Of a stretch of DNA of 64,000 bases, positions 10,295 to 21,253 are shown in pieces. The notes under the pieces were generated by a model. That model did not search any database and was not told where the DNA came from. It worked only from the letters and a program-made list of their open reading frames with translations. Both the position numbers and the translations under genes were made by a program. Position 1 is the first letter of the stretch. Every line of letters begins with the position of its first letter. The stretch is from positions 32,001 through 96,000 of the forward strand of contig JAZDKB010000020.1 of assembly GCA_043803405.1 (NCBI GenBank), written 5' to 3'. The stretch comes from Spirochaetota bacterium. GTDB taxonomy: Bacteria > Spirochaetota > UBA4802 > JAFGDQ01.

Positions 10295-10542
10295 TTATTT
10301 AAATCTCCATAAATATTATATTTATTTTTGTTATAATCCAAATATCCTTTTATAATCATATTTATTTTATTAAATTTTTCTTTCTAAAATAATACTAATT
10401 TTGCCATATTATAAAATTAATATGACTACTTCATTAGAGAATATGAGATATTGTTTATATTCAAGGATCACATACATTGAAAGTTCAATTTAAAATATTA
10501 AACCCAAATATTGATTTGATCATTTATTTATCTGGGTTTTTT

Positions 10543-11331
10543 TTATTTAAAAATAAAATAATAAATTTTTAATAAAATAGTCATTTCCTTCAGTGGTAAA
10601 GAAATTTTTTCTTTTAATTTATGTCCTTTTATTTTTTCGAAAATGAAAATAATATTCATATCACTTTTTTGATAATAATAATCTTTTAAAATAAAAGAGA
10701 AATTATATCTTTCGTTAATATAATTAAATATTTCTACCATAGAGTCTGGATCCCAAACGTGAAAATGAATTGTGTGTTTTTTAATTCCATCAAGAGTTTT
10801 TGCTATAGGTTTGTCTTTTTTTAATTCTACAAATTCAAGCCATTCCTTAAAATGATCATTGCAATCACTAATTTTAACATTATTTTCATAATCCTGAACA
10901 ATATGATTTATTTGAGTTACAGGTCTTTCATTATCCATTGAAAATCTTTTATCTGGTAATGAAATATAAAGGATAGAATGATCTTTTAATACCCGATAGA
11001 ATTCATGCAATGCTTTTATTGGATTAGGTATATGTTCCAACACATGGCGGGCAATTACAAAATCAAGAGATTCATCAGAAAAGCAACCTAAATCTTCAGC
11101 GTCAGCAACAATATCCGGAGATAATATCTTATTTTCATCTGTCTCTGGATTTAATTCTATTAAAGATTTTACTTCTTGCCTATCGACATAGATCACTTCT
11201 GCATTTTTTCTATTTACTTGCAAAGGTTGATTGAGCGCTCCTATCTCTATTCCTTTGCCTTGTATATATCGTCTAAGTTGCCGCTTAGCGCAAAATTGGT
11301 TTAACTTTATTAATATTTTTAACATTTTCAT
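10543..11331 (-). CDS. SAM-dependent methyltransferase (type 11-like)
   Basis: GIEIGAL, YVDR, SLDFVIARHVLEHIPNPI, RVLK...LPDKR, HFHVW. Confidence 0.8.
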   Translation of the reverse strand: MKMLKILIKLNQFCAKRQLRRYIQGKGIEIGALNQPLQVNRKNAEVIYVDRQEVKSLIELNPETDENKILSPDIVADAEDLGCFSDESLDFVIARHVLEHIPNPIKALHEFYRVLKDHSILYISLPDKRFSMDNERPVTQINHIVQDYENNVKISDCNDHFKEWLEFVELKKDKPIAKTLDGIKKHTIHFHVWDPDSMVEIFNYINERYNFSFILKDYYYQKSDMNIIFIFEKIKGHKLKEKISLPLKEMTILLKIYYFIFK

Positions 11332-11376
11332 TCTTTAAAGAAAATTAAATTTTACATTTAGAACTTTATTTGAATG

Positions 11377-12726
11377 TTATTTTTTTAATAATAAATTATT
11401 ATATAATTCTAACATTGAATAAATATGCTCTTTAAATGTTTGCTGATTTTTAATTTTATTTTGAAAATCTGAAACTAATTCAGGATGCTTTATAAATTTT
11501 TCCATTTTTTCAGATAAATCATTAACATCATTTGGTTTAACTAAAAATCCATTTTCCTGATCGGATAACCATTGTGGTATTCCTCCAATATTACTTCCAA
11601 TTACTGGGATCTTGGCTTTTATCCATTCAATACCAATTAGACCGAATATCTCATCCCAAATAGAAGGAACTATACCCACATCAATTTCTTTGAATGCTTC
11701 ATTAATCGAAGCGTTATTATAATGAGTTTTATATTCGATATTTAAATTCCCTTTAATTATTTTTTTATTATTATCATGCCATATAATTAATTTTGCTTTG
11801 TTCTGATCAAGTTTTGCAAAAGCATCAATCAATACATCATATCCTTTATGATGATAAAGACCGCCAACATAACCAAAAACAACAGGATATGTTTTATTAT
11901 GAACTGGTTTTGGAAATATTAAATCTACAGTTGCACTTGCAATAGGAATTATTTTCATTAACTCAGGTAATATTCCATGATTAATAAATATATTTGCTGC
12001 TCCTTGCGCTGAACAATGAATAACAGTTAACTTATTTAATCTTTCAATAAAATATTTTCTTCTATTTAAATATTGATTTGAGGAATATGGGATCAGAGGA
12101 TTTATCAATTTTTGGGTACAATTTGCTATTCTCTTTAACAACATAAATTTAATTTTCGTCAACAAAGGGCTATTCAAATAATACGAATAGTATTTATATC
12201 TTGGTAAATCATTTAAGCATTTAACACATTCTTCTCCATTATTATAATCAATACACCTTTCTTTTCCTAAATACATTAAATCACGTTGTGAACAAATATC
12301 ATAGTAATTATGCATGGTCTTAATTACTGGTATTTTTCTTTTTACGATTAAATCTATTATCGATACGGAATGTAGTTGCAGTTCATGAATATGAACAATA
12401 TCCGGTTTTTCCTGGTCTAAAATATCCTCTGTAAATTTATTTATGCTTTTATAACTAGATTCGTGTTCAGGATTATTCAGATAACCAAAACGATGAGGAG
12501 TATTATAAAGCTCAATAAATTTTATTTTATCCTTATACCATGTTTTAATAAAAGGATCGAGTGTAGGCTTATAAGTATATTGTGGTGCAGCATAAAAACA
12601 AACTGTTTCCCATCCTTCAGCATTTACAGCTCGAATTAATGCATCCTGATAGAGTACAGCTCCCCCGATACAATAGGGCTCAATACCAAAACCAATATAT
12701 AGAATTTTCGGCACTTTTATTTCCAA
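11377..12726 (-). CDS. Glycosyltransferase family 4
   Basis: PDIVHIH, TMHNYYDIC, GYVGGL..HKG, VPSIWDEIFGL, PVIGSNIGGI. Confidence 0.9.
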   Translation of the reverse strand: MEIKVPKILYIGFGIEPYCIGGAVLYQDALIRAVNAEGWETVCFYAAPQYTYKPTLDPFIKTWYKDKIKFIELYNTPHRFGYLNNPEHESSYKSINKFTEDILDQEKPDIVHIHELQLHSVSIIDLIVKRKIPVIKTMHNYYDICSQRDLMYLGKERCIDYNNGEECVKCLNDLPRYKYYSYYLNSPLLTKIKFMLLKRIANCTQKLINPLIPYSSNQYLNRRKYFIERLNKLTVIHCSAQGAANIFINHGILPELMKIIPIASATVDLIFPKPVHNKTYPVVFGYVGGLYHHKGYDVLIDAFAKLDQNKAKLIIWHDNNKKIIKGNLNIEYKTHYNNASINEAFKEIDVGIVPSIWDEIFGLIGIEWIKAKIPVIGSNIGGIPQWLSDQENGFLVKPNDVNDLSEKMEKFIKHPELVSDFQNKIKNQQTFKEHIYSMLELYNNLLLKK

Positions 12727-12751
12727 TTGAATATTATATTTTCACTTTTAA

Positions 12752-15337
12752 CTATGATTTATTATATTTTTTAATTTTATATATTATCTTTTTAATAATT
12801 AAATTAACTCTCATACCAATAAAAGGGAAGGGCCAATTCTGAAAACTCCAAACTGTAGCCCAAGAATTAGAGCATCCATCACATTTTTCTACTTGTTTCC
12901 TGGCAATTTTTGCCTCTTCGCTTTTCCATACCTCTTCTACTGAATTCGTTTTTATATTTCCAATATTTATATGACTAAAACCCAGGCATGGTGTAACACC
13001 GCCATCAGGTTTTAAAACAAAAAAAGAATTCAAAGCAGTACAATTATATTTTAGTTTATGCTTTACTGCTGCCAGCAATATCTCGTTATGGAAACTTGGC
13101 TTTAATGCCTTCAAACCTTTAATTAGATCTTGATTATCCTCTTTTTTATAATCCTTTGCTTTGCTTTTATCATCAATATTATTATAATAACTGAATTGTT
13201 CATAAAGTTGAGTAACGAATGATATACATAATTTTTCAGAATAATTCTCTACATCCTGTAAAGTATCCACCGTTAAATTTGAAAGTGTATGGCCGATTAG
13301 CATATTCCCCATTCTTTCTTTATACAACTCCTTTAACTTAACCAGTTCTTTTAATAAATAATCCACCTTTTCGAAATTATTTTTAATTCCTCTACTCAAA
13401 TTATGATCCTCGCCGATTCCATCTAATGATACACCATAATCAATTAAAATATTATTTTCTATACAAAATCGGGCAACTTCTAGAACTTTATCAGCTAAAA
13501 TAGCATTTGTACTTAGCGTTATACTTGTATTAGGTCTGGCATTATGAATCGCAAGTATTAATTCTTTAATATCTTTTCTTAGAACTGCCTCACCACCAGT
13601 AAGTAAAATAACTTTAAGACTTGAAAAAATATCTTGTTTAAGAATTTTCTCTAATTCAGCTGGTGTTAGCATATTCTTTGAAGGAGAATTTTTCCACATA
13701 TTACAATGTTTACATCGTGAATTACATGCATCAGTAACTTCATAAACAATATTTTCAATATTTAATAATTCATCTCTTTTTTTCATTCTACTGTATCTGA
13801 TACTTTGTTTTATTAAACCAAATGATTCAATAAATACTTTTAAACAGTAAGATAAAATCGAATTTATAAACTTAAATAGCATTTTTAATGACCTCACAAT
13901 TATTTTTGTTATAGGGAGAAATCTAAATATAATGTATCTAATTTTCTTATAAATATTTAAATTCACATACCAATTTGCAAAATTATATAATATAAATAAT
14001 GTTCTACTACTTAATAAAGGAGTACTAATTAACGGCTCCTTTGTTGAGAATAGATCATCCCTTTCCTCTCTTAAGAATCCTTTCATCTTAGCTTCTTCAT
14101 AAAGAGGCGTTCCGTAATATGGAGTTGCCATATGAAATCCAGCTGTATTCATTCCTGCTCTCTTTAATTTTTTTGCAAAAATAATTGTTTTTAATACATT
14201 CCATTTTGTTTCTCCAATAGACCCTAACACAAAAGATCCATCTACAATAATATTATATTTTTTAAACATTTTAACTGCTTCGTTTACTTTTTTTAAATCC
14301 TGTTTTTTCCCAATAATATTATCAACTACATTTTGATCTCCGGATTCCGGAGCTACAAAAACCCTTACACAACCAGACTTTTTCATTTTAGATACTAATT
14401 CCTCATCAAGTGTATCAGCTCTAATCCCATTAGGGGTACTCCAAGTAAATTCCAGTTTATTATTGACAATTAAATCAAATATTCGTTTTGCCCTAGCTTT
14501 ATTTAACGTTAAATTATCATCTTCAAAATTAATATGACCAGTATTATAATCTGCTAAAACTTGCTTTATTTCTTTTATTACATTTTCTGGTGTTCTGGTT
14601 CTAAATTTTTTCCCCATTGATAAATTGATACTGCAAAAATTACAATTGAATGGACACCCACGAGAGGTTATGATAGTAACCCAACTATTATCATATGTAT
14701 ACAAAGTTCTCGCCCCACCACCAGAACTCATTGCAATAAAGTATTCTTTCATAGGAACTAAATGCCTTGCAGGGAAAGGTATCGAATCTAAATCATCGAT
14801 AAACGGTCTTAATGGATTTATTAGCAATTTCCCTTTCTTTTTAAAACCAATCCCAAGAATTTCAGGAAAAATATTTGTTTTATTATCAGCTAAAGCTTTA
14901 ACTAATTCCAGAATTGTTTCTTCACCTTCACCCATAACAACAAAATCAACATTATCATCAGACAGAACCTGTAATGGGTGAACGGTAGGATGCGGTCCCC
15001 CTACAATTGTAATTATATTTTTATTTATTTTTTTTACTTGTTCACATACTAAATGAGCACTAGTAGCATTAATTGAAAAAGGTACAGAAATACCTACAAT
15101 ATCAGGTTTCAATCTCTCAATTCTATTTCTAATTTCATCAAATGATAACCCCAAATGATATTTACCATTTACAATTTTTAAATTTCTCCATCCCTCTAAA
15201 GCCGCATCAAGAACTGAAACTTTATATTTCCTCTCCAAGGACGCAGCTATATATAAAAGACCTAGCGGTTGGAAAATATACGGTCTTTCATAACTTATAC
15301 TTACTAATTGAGGCGGATTTATTAAACATATCTTCAT
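12752..15337 (-). CDS. Fusion: B12-binding radical SAM domain plus second radical SAM/SPASM domain
   Basis: QPLGLLYIAA, PDIVGIS, GGPHPT and GEGE (B12-binding domain). First CxxxCxxC is SRGCPFNCNFC. Second is CNSRCKHC, with TGGE and SLDG, followed by SPASM-like C..G.V.PC...CDGC. Confidence 0.85.
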   Translation of the reverse strand: MKICLINPPQLVSISYERPYIFQPLGLLYIAASLERKYKVSVLDAALEGWRNLKIVNGKYHLGLSFDEIRNRIERLKPDIVGISVPFSINATSAHLVCEQVKKINKNIITIVGGPHPTVHPLQVLSDDNVDFVVMGEGEETILELVKALADNKTNIFPEILGIGFKKKGKLLINPLRPFIDDLDSIPFPARHLVPMKEYFIAMSSGGGARTLYTYDNSWVTIITSRGCPFNCNFCSINLSMGKKFRTRTPENVIKEIKQVLADYNTGHINFEDDNLTLNKARAKRIFDLIVNNKLEFTWSTPNGIRADTLDEELVSKMKKSGCVRVFVAPESGDQNVVDNIIGKKQDLKKVNEAVKMFKKYNIIVDGSFVLGSIGETKWNVLKTIIFAKKLKRAGMNTAGFHMATPYYGTPLYEEAKMKGFLREERDDLFSTKEPLISTPLLSSRTLFILYNFANWYVNLNIYKKIRYIIFRFLPITKIIVRSLKMLFKFINSILSYCLKVFIESFGLIKQSIRYSRMKKRDELLNIENIVYEVTDACNSRCKHCNMWKNSPSKNMLTPAELEKILKQDIFSSLKVILLTGGEAVLRKDIKELILAIHNARPNTSITLSTNAILADKVLEVARFCIENNILIDYGVSLDGIGEDHNLSRGIKNNFEKVDYLLKELVKLKELYKERMGNMLIGHTLSNLTVDTLQDVENYSEKLCISFVTQLYEQFSYYNNIDDKSKAKDYKKEDNQDLIKGLKALKPSFHNEILLAAVKHKLKYNCTALNSFFVLKPDGGVTPCLGFSHINIGNIKTNSVEEVWKSEEAKIARKQVEKCDGCSNSWATVWSFQNWPFPFIGMRVNLIIKKIIYKIKKYNKS

Positions 15338-15371
15338 AACTATTTCTCTTTTTAAATTAAATGCGTTTGTA

Positions 15372-16949
15372 TTAACTCTTACAAAAACACCTTAATAAAT
15401 TAAACAAAAATTTTGCTCTACCTTCTAATAAAAGTTTTAACTCATCAACAAATAAAGGTTTTGTAAAAAATAAAATAGCTATATAAAAACTAAAAAATAT
15501 CACAGCTTGAATGATGATAGTTACTAAATTCGATATTCTGTCTATAGGATGTATGACATGTTTAATTGCAACTGTAACAGCTACAATACATAATCCACAA
15601 AAAGTACAAATAATAAATGAATTTAAAAAGTTTGTTTTTAAAAATCTAAAAATCGGCAACTTAATATCTCGATGAAAAGCAATTATTCCATAAATAACAG
15701 AGACAAATAAAGCAATTGAAGTACCAATTGCGACTCCACTAAAACCAAACAATTTAACAAAAATAATACTCAAGGGTATATTTAAAATCATCGCGATTAT
15801 GCCAGACCACATTTCAATATGAGTTTTCCCCGTTGCTTGAATGGCAATAGACCTCATCCCGGATAAAACAGCAAAGAGATAACCTATCCCTAAAATAATT
15901 ATAACAATTATAGACCTTTCATAACCTTTACCCATCCAAATTGCCATAATCTGAGGCGACGTGACAATAATGAAAGTAAAAATAGGTGTAATAATAAGTG
16001 CTAAATATTTTGTTCCTAAAGTATATCCTTGAATAAATTTATTTCTTTCTCCTTTTGCTTCCAATTCAACCAAAGCCGGCATGATTGGCGTAAAAATTAA
16101 AACTGCAAACGATTTAATCTTATCAATTATAGAACTTCCGAGCTGATAATATGTAACCATTCCAATAGATAAAAAATTAGTTATAATAACTTTATCAATA
16201 TTCAAAGATACTTGTGATGATATGTTAGCTATTTGTAATTTATATCCGTAATTCCAAATTTGTGCGGCTGTCTTTTTATTGAACATCAAAAGATTAATCT
16301 TTAATTCTGGAAAAATTTTAAAAGCTATGAATATATTTATTAATGAATTTAATAAGAATAAAATAATACTATTATATATTAAACCATTTATGCTAAAATC
16401 ATTTTCCAAAAAAATTACTGCACCTATAGCCATTGGAATTGATAAAATTATAGTAATTTTATTAGTAATATCTAAGCGTTGCAAACCGCCTTGTATTGAA
16501 ACAATAGGGCTAATAATATTTGATGCGCAAAACAGAATAATACTCAAAACATAAACATATTTTGTAATTTCTAAATATTGTACTGGAATATTGATAAATT
16601 TAAGTATTTGGTCAATAAAAAATACCGAAAATAATAAAACTAATATTGAGATAATAAGATAAAGTCCTATTCCTGTATTAATAACCTCATTTATTTTGGC
16701 GTAATTCTTCTTAGTATAAAATTCCGATATATATTTAACAAATGAACTTCCTATACCGAAATCCAATAGAGTAAAAAACCCAGTTATTACACTAATAATT
16801 GCCCATATACCAAATAATTCATTACCTAACTTACTTATAATATATGGAGTTAAAAGCAGACCGACTATCATTGTCCAAAATCGGCCTATTATATTAAATT
16901 TAGTATTTCTAATAATTTTTTGTGATATTGATTGTTCTTTAGTCTTCAA
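15372..16949 (-). CDS. wzx: Polysaccharide flippase Wzx
   Basis: Many hydrophobic segments, LG..LFGIW..LLDFGIG and IDKVII motifs, location in a glycosyltransferase cluster. TTG start. Confidence 0.85.
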   Translation of the reverse strand: MKTKEQSISQKIIRNTKFNIIGRFWTMIVGLLLTPYIISKLGNELFGIWAIISVITGFFTLLDFGIGSSFVKYISEFYTKKNYAKINEVINTGIGLYLIISILVLLFSVFFIDQILKFINIPVQYLEITKYVYVLSIILFCASNIISPIVSIQGGLQRLDITNKITIILSIPMAIGAVIFLENDFSINGLIYNSIILFLLNSLINIFIAFKIFPELKINLLMFNKKTAAQIWNYGYKLQIANISSQVSLNIDKVIITNFLSIGMVTYYQLGSSIIDKIKSFAVLIFTPIMPALVELEAKGERNKFIQGYTLGTKYLALIITPIFTFIIVTSPQIMAIWMGKGYERSIIVIIILGIGYLFAVLSGMRSIAIQATGKTHIEMWSGIIAMILNIPLSIIFVKLFGFSGVAIGTSIALFVSVIYGIIAFHRDIKLPIFRFLKTNFLNSFIICTFCGLCIVAVTVAIKHVIHPIDRISNLVTIIIQAVIFFSFYIAILFFTKPLFVDELKLLLEGRAKFLFNLLRCFCKS

Positions 16950-17589
16950 TTTTTTTTAGATGCTTTTATATTACTTCTAATATTTTTATTACAATTCATT
17001 ATTTTTATTTATTGATTAATTGCTTTTTTATAAAAGCATCAAATATTTACAATTATAAGGAATAAGAAATACCGACATTTCCTTAGTGTGCGTCCAAAAA
17101 CCTGTTTATAAAAGGACGCTATCCTAAATCATAAAATTCCTATAAATATTTATTATTTTTTGATTTTTTCTGTAAATTTGAAACAGTCAACTTGAATAAT
17201 TATTATAAAAAAGATTAGCTCAAGTTGAAGTTGCCGAAGTATTCCGAGTTAGCCTTTATAAATTCAACGATTATTCACTTTGTAGTATACTTCTATGAAT
17301 TACAAGAAAAAATTAAACTCATTAAAAGATTGTAGATTACTCAATTCCATTGTTGGAAAGCAAATAATAAAATGATTTATTACATAGAAATACTTCTTGA
17401 CCAATTACCAATTTTATAACTTAAAAATCAATACTAGAATAGTTATGCAAGTATAATTTCCTTGTTTTCACATAATTTATCTTTATTATAATGTGTAAAT
17501 CATGACTTATCCTAAAGTTATAAAAATAAATTTTTTCTAATAAAAAGACACAGAACTTAATTAAGTAATCATTTCCAAGGAGACAATTC

Positions 17590-18378
17590 ATGAAAGTAGT
17601 CATATTGGCAGGAGGTTTTGGAACACGTTTAAGTGAAGAAACGGAGATAAAACCGAAACCAATGATTGAAATCGGAGGAAAGCCAATATTATGGCATATA
17701 ATGAAAATCTATTCTCATTTTGGATTTAATGATTTTATTATATGTCTTGGATATAAAGGTTATTATATTAAAGAGTATTTTGCGCATTATTTTTTACATC
17801 AGTCGGATGTTACATTCGATTTCACCAATAATGATCAATACACAATCCACAAACATGAAGCAGAGCCCTGGAAAGTAACTTTGATTGATACAGGATCGAA
17901 TACTATGACAGGCGGTAGAGTAAAACGAATTCAAAAGTATACAGAAGAAAAACCATTTTTACTAACCTATGGCGATGGTGTAGCAGATGTTAATATTAGT
18001 AAACTGGTTGACTATCATAAAAAGCATGGGAAACTGGCTACAGTTACATCTGTTCAGCCTTCAGGTCGTTTTGGCGCATTAAACCTAGATTTCGAATTAC
18101 ATGTTACATCATTTTTGGAAAAACCTCAGGGAGATAATACCTGGATCAATGGTGGATTTTTTGTTTTAGAACCAGAAATATTTAATTATATTGAAGACGA
18201 TAGCACTGTATGGGAAAAAGCACCTTTGGAAAATCTAGCTCACGGAAAACAGCTTGTTGCATATAAACATACCGGCTTCTGGCAGCCGATGGATACTCTC
18301 AGAGATAAAAGAGAGCTTGAAGCACTCTGGGAGAATAATAAGGCGCCATGGAATATGTGGAATAATTTAAAGAAATGA
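17590..18378 (+). CDS. rfbF: Glucose-1-phosphate cytidylyltransferase
   Basis: MKVVILAGGFGTRLSEET..PKPMIEIGG.PILWHIMK, MTGGR, LTYGDG, GFWQPMDTLRDK. Confidence 0.95.
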   Translation: MKVVILAGGFGTRLSEETEIKPKPMIEIGGKPILWHIMKIYSHFGFNDFIICLGYKGYYIKEYFAHYFLHQSDVTFDFTNNDQYTIHKHEAEPWKVTLIDTGSNTMTGGRVKRIQKYTEEKPFLLTYGDGVADVNISKLVDYHKKHGKLATVTSVQPSGRFGALNLDFELHVTSFLEKPQGDNTWINGGFFVLEPEIFNYIEDDSTVWEKAPLENLAHGKQLVAYKHTGFWQPMDTLRDKRELEALWENNKAPWNMWNNLKK

Positions 18379-19481
18379 TTATGGAAACTCTTTTCAATAA
18401 TATTTATAAAAATAAAAAAGTCATTGTGACCGGTCATACCGGTTTTAAAGGCTCATGGTTAGCATTATGGCTTAATCAACTTGGAGCCGATGTATGCGGA
18501 TATTCACTAGAAGCCCCAACTCAACCTAATCATTTTTCCTTATTATCGACAGAGGTCCAAAGCATATTTGATGATATTAGAAATAAAGAAGCTATTGGAA
18601 AAGCTATAAATGCCTTCAAACCAGATATCATATTTCATTTGGCAGCTCAATCTCTGGTAAGGCCTTCGTATCAAAATCCTGTTGAGACATTTGAAACAAA
18701 TGTAATTGGCACGCTCAATGTCTTTGAAGCCTGTAGGAAGCTAAATTCAGTAAAGGCAATAGTTAACATTACAAGCGATAAATGTTATGAAAATCAAGAA
18801 TGGCTATGGGGTTACAGAGAAAATGATCCAATGGGCGGTTTTGATCCATACAGTGCATCAAAAGGTTGTTCAGAAATTGCAACAAGTTCATTCCGCAATT
18901 CATTCTTTAATATAGATAGATATGGCTTCTCACATAATACTCTTCTTGCCAGTGCAAGAGCTGGAAATGTTATTGGCGGCGGGGATTGGGCAGTCGATAG
19001 ATTGATCCCTGATATAATGAGGGCAACCGATAAAAGTATTGAAGTACTTATAAGAAGTCCGCATGCGATAAGACCATGGCAGCATGTATTGGAGCCTTTA
19101 AGCGGTTATCTTCTACTAGGGCAAAAATTGCTGCAAGAAAAAAAAGAATACGCAGATGCGTGGAACTTTGGTCCAAATCATGGTGGGGCCATAGAAGTAA
19201 TTGAAGTTTTAAATACAATTAAAAAATATTGGGACAAAATTAATTATACCGTTCAAGAAGATATTAATAATCCTCATGAAGCAGCTTTATTAAGACTCGA
19301 TTGTTCAAAAGCGCATTTGTTATTAAACTGGAATCCCGTATGGGATATAAATTCCACGATTGAAAAGACTGCTTGTTGGTACAAATCATTTTATGAACAA
19401 AAAGAACTTCTCAGCAAAAAAGATTTGAATAATTACATTAAAGATGCAAAGAAAAAAAATATTGTTTGGACAAATAAATAA
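18375..19481 (+). CDS. rfbG: CDP-glucose 4,6-dehydratase
   Basis: VTGHTGFKGSWL, TSDKCYEN, DPYSASK, RAGNVIGGGDW, RPWQHVLEPL. Confidence 0.95.
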   Translation: MIMETLFNNIYKNKKVIVTGHTGFKGSWLALWLNQLGADVCGYSLEAPTQPNHFSLLSTEVQSIFDDIRNKEAIGKAINAFKPDIIFHLAAQSLVRPSYQNPVETFETNVIGTLNVFEACRKLNSVKAIVNITSDKCYENQEWLWGYRENDPMGGFDPYSASKGCSEIATSSFRNSFFNIDRYGFSHNTLLASARAGNVIGGGDWAVDRLIPDIMRATDKSIEVLIRSPHAIRPWQHVLEPLSGYLLLGQKLLQEKKEYADAWNFGPNHGGAIEVIEVLNTIKKYWDKINYTVQEDINNPHEAALLRLDCSKAHLLLNWNPVWDINSTIEKTACWYKSFYEQKELLSKKDLNNYIKDAKKKNIVWTNK

Positions 19482-20033
19482 GTGAAATTTAATAAAACGA
19501 AATTAGAAAATTTATTTGTAATTGAGTTAACACCATTTAAAGATGAAAGAGGTATGTTTTCCAGGTTGTTTTGTAAAAAAGAGCTTGAAAGCTTAAACTT
19601 AACAAAAGAGATAGTTCAAATTAATCAATCTTTGACAAAAAAAATTGGCGCCATAAGAGGACTTCATTTTCAATATCCCCCTAAATCGGAAATAAAAATT
19701 ATTAAATGTATCAGAGGGGAAGTTTTCGATGTGGCGATAGATATTAGAAAAAATTCTCCAACTTTTCTACAATGGCACGGAGAAATATTATCTGAAGACA
19801 ATATGAAATCATATTTTCTTCCCGAAGGATTTGCACATGGTTTTCAGGTTTTAAAAGAAAATAGTGAATTATTATATCTTCATACTGAATTTTATGATCC
19901 AAAATATGAAGGCGGACTTAATTATAATGATCCTGTTTTAAATATTAACTGGCCGCTAACTGTTTCAGAAGTATCAAAAAAAGATGAGAGTTTCCCATTA
20001 ATTGATAATAACTTTACAGGAGTACAACCTTGA
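19482..20033 (+). CDS. rfbC: NDP-4-keto-6-deoxyhexose 3,5-epimerase (RmlC/RfbC family)
   Basis: DERGMFSR, RGLHFQ, DVAIDIRKNSPTF, PEGFAHGFQ. GTG start. Confidence 0.9.
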   Translation: MKFNKTKLENLFVIELTPFKDERGMFSRLFCKKELESLNLTKEIVQINQSLTKKIGAIRGLHFQYPPKSEIKIIKCIRGEVFDVAIDIRKNSPTFLQWHGEILSEDNMKSYFLPEGFAHGFQVLKENSELLYLHTEFYDPKYEGGLNYNDPVLNINWPLTVSEVSKKDESFPLIDNNFTGVQP

Positions 20034-21253
20034 ATTGTAGATTTTGCAATAATAAATTAACTTTTGGATTTATTGATTTAGTTAACTCCCCACCTTCTAA
20101 CTCTTTTATTTCAAAAGAACAACTCAATGAACCAGAAGTTTTTTATCCCTTGAAATTATATGTTTGTGAAAAATGTTTTCTTGTACAAATAGATGAATAT
20201 AAAAAATCTAGCGATATTTTCAATGGTGATTATGCATATTTTTCTTCATTCTCGAAAAGCTGGATGGAGCATGCAAAAAATTATGTCAATATGGTTGTAG
20301 ATAAATATAAAATAAATAAAAATTCATATATTGTTGAAGTTGCATCAAATGATGGATATTTACTGCAGTATTTTGTAGAAAAAAATATTCCATGTACCGG
20401 TATTGAACCTACATCAAATACTGCAGCAGCTGCTAGAGAAAAAGGGATTCATGTTATTGAAGACTATTTCGGAGTTGCTCTTGCAAAAAAATTATCAAAT
20501 GAAAAGAAAAAAGCAGACCTAATAATTGGCAATAATGTATTGGCACATGTTCCAGATATCAATGATTTTGTTGAAGGGCTAAAAATATTGCTCAAAGATG
20601 ACGGTTTCATCAATATGGAATTCCCACATCTTATGCAATTGATTGAGAAAAATCAGTTTGACACTATTTATCACGAGCATTTTTCTTACTTATCTTTTAT
20701 TGCAGTTAAAGCTATCTTCGAATTACATGGCCTTCAAATGTTTGATGTCGAAGAAATTTCAACACACGGTGGTTCTTTAAGAATTTATGCAAAACATAAA
20801 AATGATTTGAGAGATATTTCAAAGAATGTTTCTAAACTAATCGAGAAAGAAAAATCTATGAAAATGGATACCACGCAGTATTATCAAAATTTTCAGAAAA
20901 AAGCTGATAATGTAAAATATAATTTATTGAATTTTCTTATCCAGCAAAAATTAAATGGAAAAAAAGTTGCAGCTTATGGTGCCGCAGCAAAGGGGAATAC
21001 ATTATTAAACTATTGCGGAGTTAAAACCGATTTGATTGATTTCGTAGTAGACTTATCTCCACATAAGCAGGGCAAATACCTTCCTGGCAGTCATATTCCT
21101 ATAGAAAATGAAGCCAAGCTTAACGAAAAAAAACCAGATTATATTTTAATTCTTCCTTGGAATATAAAAGACGAAATAATTCAACAATTAGAATATGCGA
21201 AAGAGTGGGGAGGAAAATTTGTTATCCCAATCCCTGAATTAGTAATTATATGA
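20030..21253 (+). CDS. NDP-hexose C-methyltransferase (Zn-binding)
   Basis: N-terminal CRFC and CEKCFLVQ, EVASNDGYLL, NNVLAHVPD, FDTIYHEHFSY, THGGSLR, YGAAAKGNTLLN. Confidence 0.9.
   Translation: MNCRFCNNKLTFGFIDLVNSPPSNSFISKEQLNEPEVFYPLKLYVCEKCFLVQIDEYKKSSDIFNGDYAYFSSFSKSWMEHAKNYVNMVVDKYKINKNSYIVEVASNDGYLLQYFVEKNIPCTGIEPTSNTAAAAREKGIHVIEDYFGVALAKKLSNEKKKADLIIGNNVLAHVPDINDFVEGLKILLKDDGFINMEFPHLMQLIEKNQFDTIYHEHFSYLSFIAVKAIFELHGLQMFDVEEISTHGGSLRIYAKHKNDLRDISKNVSKLIEKEKSMKMDTTQYYQNFQKKADNVKYNLLNFLIQQKLNGKKVAAYGAAAKGNTLLNYCGVKTDLIDFVVDLSPHKQGKYLPGSHIPIENEAKLNEKKPDYILILPWNIKDEIIQQLEYAKEWGGKFVIPIPELVII

Noticed and set aside
17080..17130. ops/JUMPStart-like site upstream of wzx
   Set aside because: Only a short GCGTCC/GGACGC hairpin and a partial GATAGCGT match.
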